This document shows, piece after piece, positions 1 to 6,915 of a DNA stretch of 25,779 nt. This DNA is from a virus (Duplodnaviria; Caudoviricetes): positions 1 to 25,779 of the IMG/VR virus record IMGVR_UViG_3300005758_000073. The stretch is one strand, 5' to 3'. A program made the translations under genes and the position numbers. The notes under the pieces were generated by a model. That model worked only from the letters and a program-made list of their open reading frames with translations. It was not told the DNA's origin and did not search any database. The first letter of the stretch is position 1; each line of letters starts with the position of its first letter.

Positions 1-860
1 TCCATCATAATCTGCTTGATGCGAAGCATCTTGTCGCGGGTAGTATCCAGCGTCAGATCCAGATAGTGACAACGGCTTTCCAAAGCACCAAGGTGATCCT
101 TCAGTTTAGCAGACTTAACGTGCTCAAACTTGATGTTGGTGATAAAGATAGCAGAGCCTTTGAACTCGAAGCGATCTGGCACACCTTCTGCGCGAAGCAT
201 ACGGCTGTCAGTATTCCAGCAAATAGTACGCTTCTTGCTAGAGTCCAGAGCGGCTTTGAGAATGTTCAAAGACAAGTCGTCGAGCAACACAGAGTCACAG
301 TCGTCAAACACGAGCACGTTACCAGCATCGCTATAATTGTAGAGCTTGCAATACAAGCCAATGGCGCTCATGGCACCTTTAACAATCTCATAACGGGGGC
401 GACGGCCACCAATCTTGTCAAACATAGCGGCTTTGTCGAGCACCTTCTCAACACCAAACGACTTGCCGACACCAGGAGGGCCAACAACAATCATAGCACG
501 AACCGAGCCGTCAACGGTGCCTTCTGCCATTTCTTCAAGAATGTCAAAACGCTCACGAATGCGTTCAATGGCTTGCTCGTCTGTTTCTTGCACTTTGGGT
601 TCCTTACGTTTGGGGGTTTCGTAGTTAGCGTCGATGCTAGAGGTAGCACAATCCGCGGCACTAGCCGGCTCAACATCGCGCATGGAGTTTACTTTGATGC
701 GAACTTCGCGGCCTGCAAATTCGCCAAGAGACTCGTCAGCAAGAACAGTAACGTAACCACCTTTAGTGCCTTCTTTGTAGTCGGCAATAAGTTGGAACGT
801 CTGGTTGCTGATGTTGAAGTTGCGATAAGAACCGCTTTTGATAGTAATGTATGCTGACAT
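1..860 (-). CDS. AAA+ family P-loop ATPase (partial, runs off the window start; absent from the ORF track)
   Basis: Manual translation from ATG at 860: MSAYITIKSGSYRNF...MIVVGPPGVGKSFGVE (Walker A)...VLVFDDCD (Walker B)...IFITN (sensor-1)...ALESRC (arginine-finger position). Open to base 1, with AAGGA RBS upstream. Confidence 0.9.
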   Translation of the reverse strand, partial: MSAYITIKSGSYRNFNISNQTFQLIADYKEGTKGGYVTVLADESLGEFAGREVRIKVNSMRDVEPASAADCATSSIDANYETPKRKEPKVQETDEQAIERIRERFDILEEMAEGTVDGSVRAMIVVGPPGVGKSFGVEKVLDKAAMFDKIGGRRPRYEIVKGAMSAIGLYCKLYNYSDAGNVLVFDDCDSVLLDDLSLNILKAALDSSKKRTICWNTDSRMLRAEGVPDRFEFKGSAIFITNIKFEHVKSAKLKDHLGALESRCHYLDLTLDTTRDKMLRIKQIMM

Positions 861-901
861 TGTGTGTTTCCTTTGCGTGGAATGGTTTAACAATACTGTC
901 T

Positions 902-930
902 ATTATACGGGGCTTTGGGACACTTTGCAA
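902..930 (-). promoter_or_regulatory. sigma70-type early promoter P1 for the ATPase gene
   Basis: Minus strand TTGCAA (930-925), 17 nt spacer, TATAAT (907-902). Confidence 0.75.
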
Positions 931-944
931 CCTCTTTTTTGCTT

Positions 945-962
945 TGTTGCTTTTACACAACA
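945..962. promoter_or_regulatory. Palindromic operator-like site TGTTG-N8-CAACA (copy 1)
   Basis: tgttgcttttacacaaca; a second copy lies at 1070-1087. Confidence 0.5.
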
Positions 963-1000
963 CGGGTTGTTTTGCCCTCTTTTTTGCTGTCCATGTATGT

Positions 1001-1029
1001 ATTATAAGGGGTTTTGGGCCTGCGGTCAA
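1001..1029 (-). promoter_or_regulatory. sigma70-type early promoter P2 for the ATPase gene
   Basis: Minus strand TTGACC (1029-1024), 17 nt spacer, TATAAT (1006-1001). Confidence 0.8.
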
Positions 1030-1069
1030 CCGGTTTTTGGGACTTTTTAGCGTTTTTTGAGCCTATTTT

Positions 1070-1087
1070 TGTTGTATTTTTGCAACA
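1070..1087. promoter_or_regulatory. Palindromic operator-like site TGTTG-N8-CAACA (copy 2)
   Basis: tgttgtatttttgcaaca. Confidence 0.5.
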
Positions 1088-1111
1088 AAAAAGGTAGTAC
1101 TAAGTACTACC
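1087..1111 (-). terminator. Rho-independent terminator after uvsY
   Basis: Minus strand GGTAGTAC-TTA-GTACTACC followed by TTTTTT. Confidence 0.75.
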
Positions 1112-1139
1112 CTAAAAATTGTCTATTTTTTTAAGCATT

Positions 1140-1601
1140 TTAGCGAAGTTCTGCGTCTTCCAGGCCTGCTACTCGTAGTTTAATGACATTGCTTACTTGC
1201 CATTGCTTAATGTCAAGTGCTTTAGTAATGCCCAAGAAGCGGTTCCTAACAAGTGCAAACTCATTTACAATGGCATCCATGTTGCAAACGTCTACCTCGC
1301 CGTCTACATACTTTTCTGCATCTCTGCTGGTGAGTGCTCTATTGTAATGTTCTGTAAATTGTCGGAACTTGGCGCTACGAAGTTTGCGTAGTTCAATGTT
1401 GAGCTGTTCAAGTATAGCTTCAATTTCCTGAAGCTGATTGAATCTATGCTCGACAATACCAGGCATTTCGCGACTAGCCTTTTCCAGACTTCCTGAAATT
1501 TTGAGCTCGCGGCGAGCTTCTGCTAGCTCGTTTTCAAAATATTCAATACAGTCGGGCAAGCAACTTATATCGGCAACTACTTTGCGGTACCAATGACTCA
1601 T
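1140..1601 (-). CDS. uvsY: UvsY-like recombination mediator protein
   Basis: 153 aa helical protein with 'RDAEKYVDGE' and a C-terminal 'KALDIKQWQVSNVIKLRVAG' resembling T4-like UvsY; lies near uvsX and gp32. Confidence 0.75.
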   Translation of the reverse strand: MSHWYRKVVADISCLPDCIEYFENELAEARRELKISGSLEKASREMPGIVEHRFNQLQEIEAILEQLNIELRKLRSAKFRQFTEHYNRALTSRDAEKYVDGEVDVCNMDAIVNEFALVRNRFLGITKALDIKQWQVSNVIKLRVAGLEDAELR

Positions 1602-1840
1602 TAATAGTCTTCTTCTAGGTCGTCTTCTTCAATTTCCTCATCGCCTAGGATTTCTGCAAAGGCAGAATCTAGTGAAGAGTCTGAACCAGAACCATCTTCA
1701 CGTGCGGCTTCAAGGTCTAAGTAATCGCCTGCGGCATGTAAAAAAGCCAATGCGGCATCTGCTCGTTCTTTTTTATCAATATAGGGTTTAAGGGCTAGCC
1801 ACATCTGTACTAGCATTTCTCCTGAATCATTCATTATCAT
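1601..1840 (-). CDS. Small acidic hypothetical protein (79 aa)
   Basis: Start reassigned to ATG 1840, with GGAG at 1849-1846 and CTAAGTA at 1881-1875. Stop overlaps the uvsY start (TAATG). Acidic tail DEEIEEDDLEEDY. Confidence 0.7.
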   Translation of the reverse strand: MIMNDSGEMLVQMWLALKPYIDKKERADAALAFLHAAGDYLDLEAAREDGSGSDSSLDSAFAEILGDEEIEEDDLEEDY

Positions 1841-1889
1841 GTAATCTCCGTATATGTCAGAGTGCTGACTGCGATACTTAGTCAATCAC

Positions 1890-2345
1890 TTATTTTTGTT
1901 TAGCCATTTGAGTGAGGTAGTCTTCGTTATGAATCCATTTATTCTTAACCAAGAATCCCCATTCTCGCTTTTGAGGTCCGGGCATGAATAGTGTCCAGCA
2001 TTCAACATCAGGATCTAGTTCAATCCTATGATAAGAAGTAGCACTACAAAACCTAAAATGACCTGGAGCTCTCCACTTTGCAATTTCGCCAATTTTTTTA
2101 CCTTGGTCATTAAACTGCGGAACCCATTCATAGTATCCACCTTTAAGAATCAATGTTGCGTAAGGCCATGGATGATCATGTACATCATCAGGATCTGACT
2201 TGAGAAACTTATGCACAAAGATATTAAATGGGAACCACTTACGATCTTTAAGGAACACATAGTAGCGTTCGAGATAAGGCTCATTAGCTTGCCTATCCAT
2301 AATGATACGATGTCGTCCTAATCGTTGCATTAGTTTTTTAATCAT
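1890..2345 (-). CDS. Cupin-fold (RmlC-like) metal-binding protein
   Basis: HDHPW...GGYYE...SYHRIEL...WTLF cupin motifs. Start probably ATG 2345, overlapping the upstream stop; the alternative start is 2357. Confidence 0.75.
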   Translation of the reverse strand: MIKKLMQRLGRHRIIMDRQANEPYLERYYVFLKDRKWFPFNIFVHKFLKSDPDDVHDHPWPYATLILKGGYYEWVPQFNDQGKKIGEIAKWRAPGHFRFCSATSYHRIELDPDVECWTLFMPGPQKREWGFLVKNKWIHNEDYLTQMAKQK

Positions 2346-2550
2346 TTGCGAATCCATTCAAAATAAGATATACGCCATCATCGCTTCTTTGTATGCTAAC
2401 GTCTTTGCTGAAACCGGCGTAATGGAATACACCTTGCTCGACCTTCTTAAAGCAGTCAATCATAATCTCAGGATCTCCCATGACGTCAGCATGGATCATC
2501 TCCTGCTCATATAGAATTTGCAGTTGTTCAATTAGATCTTTAATTAGCAT
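2338..2550 (-). CDS. Hypothetical protein (70 aa), probably leaderless
   Basis: ORF co-directional with its neighbours; the promoter -10 box is 5 nt before the ATG. Confidence 0.7.
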   Translation of the reverse strand: MLIKDLIEQLQILYEQEMIHADVMGDPEIMIDCFKKVEQGVFHYAGFSKDVSIQRSDDGVYLILNGFAND

Positions 2551-2555
2551 AATAT

Positions 2556-2584
2556 ATTATAGCAGGATTTACTATTAAGGCCAA
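2556..2584 (-). promoter_or_regulatory. sigma70-type promoter with extended -10
   Basis: TTGGCC (2584-2579), 17 nt spacer ending in TGC, TATAAT (2561-2556), then ATATT-ATG. Confidence 0.7.
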
Positions 2585-2991
2585 TGGGGAGTTTCACCAA
2601 GTAAGACACGAATGGATTGGAACTCGCGCCATGAGTCTCGATACATTGCGTTTTCTTGTAACAATTCATGGTGACGTTCAAGGTTGTCCATATAAAACTT
2701 TCCGACGCTGCCGGTCCGGCCCATACCAGTAGGATTTGCTCTAGAGGCATGTTCCATTGCAATTTGTACTATAGATTCCAGTCTCTGTAATCGATCAATG
2801 GTGCGTTCGTCAAGTTCAACTTGATAAACTTCTTCAGTTGTTGTAGTGTATTGCTCCGACCAATCGATTAGACCATCATCTCGTTCGCTAGCCCAATTTA
2901 TGTAGCTAGGCTGATGAGCGCGGCGCAAGGTGTGCCGACCAACGATCTTTACACCTTGCTGTCTCAACCATTTTTCATGGTCTTCAGACAT
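2575..2991 (-). CDS. Hypothetical protein (138 aa)
   Basis: Starts immediately after the uvsX stop, with GAGGA RBS inside the uvsX 3' end. Confidence 0.75.
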   Translation of the reverse strand: MSEDHEKWLRQQGVKIVGRHTLRRAHQPSYINWASERDDGLIDWSEQYTTTTEEVYQVELDERTIDRLQRLESIVQIAMEHASRANPTGMGRTGSVGKFYMDNLERHHELLQENAMYRDSWREFQSIRVLLGETPHWP

Positions 2992-4065
2992 TTATTCCTC
3001 GACAGTTTCGGGAGCCTCTGCAGGCGTGCTCTTGTCAAAGACATGCGGATTGTTTGTAATATCAGCCATAACTGTATCTAAACAACCATCGTCATTGCGT
3101 TCCCAGCCTTTGCGGAACTTCTTGATAACTTCACCGTCGGCTGTTGTATAAAGCAAGCTATTGCCTTCCTTCTTCAACATTTCTTTGCCTTCGATTAAGT
3201 CAACAAGGCCCGAGTAAGGGTTCATACCTGTTTCATATGGAATCTTGACTTGTACAGATTCAAAAGGTTTAGCATAACGTGTCTTCATGATTTTACATGC
3301 GGCACGAATACCTTTGACTTCTGAAATCTTGTTACCATCTTCGTCTTCCTTCAACTTCAACTTACGCATAGCAACAACGATAGAAGAAGCGTAAATGAAG
3401 CCTTGACCACCAGAGATCTTGTCATCTGGGTCAAACATATCCTGCGAAGCATAAGTGTGGTTAGTTACAACCATACCAATGTTCAAATCACCAAACATGT
3501 TTACACAGTTACGAACAAGTGCGGCAAGTGCTTTAGGCTTACGACCCATGTCACCCTTGAGGTCACCTGCTTGGAACTGGTTAACGTCTGTTGGTGTTAG
3601 CAACATACCCAACGAGTCGATTACAAACAGAACCTTAGGACGGTCAGTGTCTGGAATAGCTTTGTATTCCTTGACAAAGTCTGTAATCATTTTAGCAACG
3701 TCGTCGATCATTGCCATGTTTAGCTTTAGTAGCTTTTGTTCACTTGTGTCAACACCAAGAGCATGTAACCATGCTTCATCAAGGGCGTTTTCGGTATCTA
3801 CCAAGATAACGTAAATGCCTTGTTCTTGTGCGTTCTTGACCAAGTTGCCAGAGCAGATAAATGACTTGCCTGCGCCAGATTCACCAGCAAAAACTGTAAC
3901 CTTACCCATTGGCACACCTTTGTTAAAGTCGCCACTGATAAGATAGTTTAGTGCGTAGTTGTTAGTTGAGATCCAATCAGTTGGATCGTTAAAGCCAATA
4001 GATAGGCCTTCAATTGACTTCGTAAGACTCTTACGAAACTTTGATACATCAAATGCTTTTGCCAT
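2992..4065 (-). CDS. uvsX: UvsX/RecA-like recombinase
   Basis: Walker A GESGAGKS, DTENA, Walker B FVIDSLG, NHTY and SGGQGFIYASS motifs. Confidence 0.95.
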   Translation of the reverse strand: MAKAFDVSKFRKSLTKSIEGLSIGFNDPTDWISTNNYALNYLISGDFNKGVPMGKVTVFAGESGAGKSFICSGNLVKNAQEQGIYVILVDTENALDEAWLHALGVDTSEQKLLKLNMAMIDDVAKMITDFVKEYKAIPDTDRPKVLFVIDSLGMLLTPTDVNQFQAGDLKGDMGRKPKALAALVRNCVNMFGDLNIGMVVTNHTYASQDMFDPDDKISGGQGFIYASSIVVAMRKLKLKEDEDGNKISEVKGIRAACKIMKTRYAKPFESVQVKIPYETGMNPYSGLVDLIEGKEMLKKEGNSLLYTTADGEVIKKFRKGWERNDDGCLDTVMADITNNPHVFDKSTPAEAPETVEE

Positions 4066-4087
4066 TTTATTATTCCTTATAGATGAT

Positions 4088-4115
4088 AAAAGAAGGGCAG
4101 GCCACTGCCCTTCTT
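4088..4115 (-). terminator. Rho-independent terminator between gp32 and uvsX
   Basis: Minus strand AAGAAGGGCAG-TGGC-CTGCCCTTCTT, then TTATC. Confidence 0.75.
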
Positions 4116-4125
4116 AATGTTCAAT

Positions 4126-5106
4126 TTAGTTTGAACGGTTGCGAATCATCTTTAGGATATCGTCAACGCTTGGCTTACCACCTGCGTCAGCGGCAGGTGC
4201 GGCTGTTGCTGTAGTTGGTTGAGGTGCTGGTGTAGGAGCCGGAGCAGCCTTGGCTACAGGAGCCGGAGCAGGTGTATCCTCATCAGCATCAGCAGATGCA
4301 CCAGTTGCGTTAGCAATCTGAACACCGCTTGGACGATAGAACTTGCCCCAACGATCTGGGTCATACAACTGACCATCAACAGATGCTTCAAACATCTCAA
4401 CAATAGCACGAAGCTCGTCTGTGCCTGGACGCTTTGGCATAAAGTCGTTCAAGTTAAACAAACCGTGTTGTGCGATTGCTTGAAGTTCTTCTTCGTTCAA
4501 GCCACGCTCTTTACGAGCCCAACCAGAAGTAGAGTAGTCGGCATAACCACCTTTTTGTGTCTTGTTAAGACGGAAGTCTGTGCCACGCATGTAATCGGTT
4601 GGCAATTCTTCCATGTCAGGATCCATCAATGCTTGCTTGATCAATGTAAAGATCTGTGGGCTGATGATGAAACGACGGATTGGATTTTCCGGTGTGCTTT
4701 GTTCTTCCATAGGGCTGTTTACAACAAAGCCTTGGAAAACATAAGAACGCTTTTTCCAGTACTTGCGACCAAGTGCTTCCATTGTAGGATCTTTGAACCA
4801 AGGACGTATTTGTGCGTGAACTGGGCAAGTTTCGCCCCACATTTCAACGCAAGGTACTTGTACAGTAACCTTCTTAGATTCATCTTGTCCTTTAACGCCT
4901 GGGAACTCAATCTTAATCATCTGGCGTTCTTTCCAGAAGAATGTATTGCTTTCGTCGCCGTCTGGCAAGAAGCGTAGTGTTGCGGATGAACCTTCGGGGA
5001 TGTTCCAGTGTGCGTAAATTGCGTTATCGCCTGAACCCTGCTGGGTACCACCGGATTTTTGTGCTTGCTCGGCTAGTCGAGCGCGGATTTCTGCTAATGA
5101 AGCCAT
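4126..5106 (-). CDS. gp32: T4 gp32-like single-stranded DNA-binding protein
   Basis: 'ATLRFLPDGD', 'CPVH', 'KYWKKRSY', 'GTDFRL', 'YADYSTSGW' core motifs; Ala/Pro linker and short C-terminal helix. Confidence 0.9.
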   Translation of the reverse strand: MASLAEIRARLAEQAQKSGGTQQGSGDNAIYAHWNIPEGSSATLRFLPDGDESNTFFWKERQMIKIEFPGVKGQDESKKVTVQVPCVEMWGETCPVHAQIRPWFKDPTMEALGRKYWKKRSYVFQGFVVNSPMEEQSTPENPIRRFIISPQIFTLIKQALMDPDMEELPTDYMRGTDFRLNKTQKGGYADYSTSGWARKERGLNEEELQAIAQHGLFNLNDFMPKRPGTDELRAIVEMFEASVDGQLYDPDRWGKFYRPSGVQIANATGASADADEDTPAPAPVAKAAPAPTPAPQPTTATAAPAADAGGKPSVDDILKMIRNRSN

Positions 5107-5227
5107 AATGTTTTTCCTTTATATATTAGCCAATGTTAGTGTTTTAGTCTCTAGTGAGCCAAACAACACATGCTTAGATTGTCTTTGCATGTGTTGTATT
5201 GTACTTATGACTTGTATCAAAGAGCAA
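5107..5227 (-). promoter_or_regulatory. gp32 promoter and structured leader
   Basis: TTGCTC-18-TACAAT (5227-5198) overlapping ATAAGTA (5208-5202); 11-bp inverted repeat 5163-5173/5187-5197; A-rich leader with AAGGA RBS. Confidence 0.6.
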
Positions 5228-5246
5228 TAGCCAAATCAGTGAATTT

Positions 5247-6050
5247 CTAGGATTTTGGTAAGATTGAATTTATATAAGCGGTTGGGTGTTCTGCCCGCTC
5301 ATTAACGTTAGATTCCACCGGGAAGGACCTTATTTTAGCCACTGCGTTATTAACTTCATCAAATATAGATGGTAAGCATTCATACCAATAACCTTTTGAC
5401 GGCCACATAAACCATAATTCGGATTTTGGAAATCGAATAAGGAATCTTCTTTTTGCATACATTTGTATATTACCAAAAAGATTCAATGATTCCAAAAGAG
5501 CCTGTGGCACAGTATCAGCATGGTTTATGCAGTAGTCATCCCCAAAAACTAGCTTTGAATCTAAATAGTCATCCCTTAAGAATTTAACAATGTCGGTTTG
5601 TAACTGTTCTGTAGAATGATCACCATCTATAAAAACTGCCGACCAATCTTCTGGTATTTGAAAATCATTACTAGAACAACAATGTTTTACTACATTTAAA
5701 TTTTTTACAAAATGAGAAAAAGCAGGTTGCCAACTATTTTCATTGTTAGCAATTTCAATTGCATCTATATAATTTTTGTATATCGTACTGTTGTAGGGCA
5801 TATAACTAGTTGCCATACAGGTGTTTCGATCTAATTTATTTGGGGGTATGGTTTCAGTGGACCAAATATCTACTGCATGAAGTTCAATGGATGGATCAAG
5901 TCCTTCGGCGATTGCAGTTGTTGAGCGGCCCACCCACGATCCTATTTCAATAAATTTTGTATTAGGCGGAACGTAAGAAGAAACTATTGTTAATATTGCC
6001 AGGTCTATTTGAGTTATCCAGCCCGGTATATCGGTTGCTTTCCAAGACAT
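5247..6050 (-). CDS. Class I SAM-dependent methyltransferase (Methyltransf_24-like)
   Basis: Motif I 'FIEIGSWVGRST', 'HAVDIW', 'VFIDGDHS', 'VFGDDY'. Confidence 0.85.
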   Translation of the reverse strand: MSWKATDIPGWITQIDLAILTIVSSYVPPNTKFIEIGSWVGRSTTAIAEGLDPSIELHAVDIWSTETIPPNKLDRNTCMATSYMPYNSTIYKNYIDAIEIANNENSWQPAFSHFVKNLNVVKHCCSSNDFQIPEDWSAVFIDGDHSTEQLQTDIVKFLRDDYLDSKLVFGDDYCINHADTVPQALLESLNLFGNIQMYAKRRFLIRFPKSELWFMWPSKGYWYECLPSIFDEVNNAVAKIRSFPVESNVNERAEHPTAYINSILPKS

Positions 6051-6051
6051 A

Positions 6052-6903
6052 TTAACTAAAAAGTTTATCTAGCGCATTGTCCAGTTCGTTTACTGCCTCA
6101 TTTACATAGGACTGTTCACTAACCGGATCTTTTGTAGGAAGTTTGTATTCAACTACACCAGATAAGTCGCCTGTACGTGCGGCACGTTCCATCATGCGAC
6201 GAAGCATAATAACTTCATCTTGACCGCGTTTACGAATTTCATCAAGTTGTTGGTTGCCTTCAACTTTCTTACTCCAACGTAGCAGTTCCATCATGTCTTT
6301 GCGACGACGAGAGATTTCTAAAATCTTAGCACCAACATCATCCCATGGCTTACCACCACTTTCAACGTGTAGTCCCATTACACGAGCACCAAGCAAATGG
6401 TTGTATGGGAAACGGAAACGTTCTCCATCTTTTTCAATGAACAATGCTTTGATGTTGCGACTACGTGCGCCTGGTTTTTCTTCTGTAACACTTTTAGAGT
6501 GTGCTACTCTAATTTTTGTACTGCCCAATGGGTGATAGCTAATCTTTAAACTATTACGGCTTTCGTGTACGTCGGTTCTGTGGCTCATTTGCTTAGGAGC
6601 AATATCGCCAGCGTAACTTCTAACTGTTGTACCATACAAGTAACGACGGGCAATTGACTTAATCATTGGTTCAAATTTTTCAATAAACCAATCTCTGTCA
6701 GTTTTATCTGGATCAAACCAAACTTCAACGTCATTGTTGTCGTGATTGACCATTACCATTACCCCTTGTTTAGGTAGGTATTGGTAAACAGCCTGTGTCT
6801 GGTCTAGCGTACTTTTACCATCTTCGTCTTTAAAGTTGGCGTCGTGGCTAACCCCTGCTACAGCGGCTGAAATTTCTTTTGTTAAGTCGTCTTTTGTTGC
6901 CAT
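6052..6903 (-). CDS. Hypothetical protein, probable late/virion head-associated
   Basis: 283 aa ORF downstream of terminase; CTAAATA late motif 5 nt before the ATG; V-x-E sites (VHE-S, VSE-Q, VNE-A). Confidence 0.7.
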   Translation of the reverse strand: MATKDDLTKEISAAVAGVSHDANFKDEDGKSTLDQTQAVYQYLPKQGVMVMVNHDNNDVEVWFDPDKTDRDWFIEKFEPMIKSIARRYLYGTTVRSYAGDIAPKQMSHRTDVHESRNSLKISYHPLGSTKIRVAHSKSVTEEKPGARSRNIKALFIEKDGERFRFPYNHLLGARVMGLHVESGGKPWDDVGAKILEISRRRKDMMELLRWSKKVEGNQQLDEIRKRGQDEVIMLRRMMERAARTGDLSGVVEYKLPTKDPVSEQSYVNEAVNELDNALDKLFS

Positions 6904-6915
6904 AATTGTATTTAG

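Noticed and set aside
66-857. 263 aa plus-strand ORF
   Set aside because: Antisense shadow of the minus-strand AAA+ ATPase, which has Walker motifs, RBS and promoters
763-1060. Short ORFs spanning the intergenic region (763-1029, 838-1050, 851-1060)
   Set aside because: They cover promoters, palindromes and poly-T tracts, have no RBS and give implausible compositions
945-1087. Palindromes as canonical LexA/SOS boxes
   Set aside because: TGTTG-N8-CAACA does not match CTGT-N8-ACAG, GAAC-N4-GTTC or GTTC-N7-GTTC; kept only as an unknown operator
4219-4977. 252 aa plus-strand ORF and the other small plus-strand ORFs inside minus-strand genes
   Set aside because: Antisense shadows of clearly identifiable genes such as gp32, uvsX, terminase and sheath
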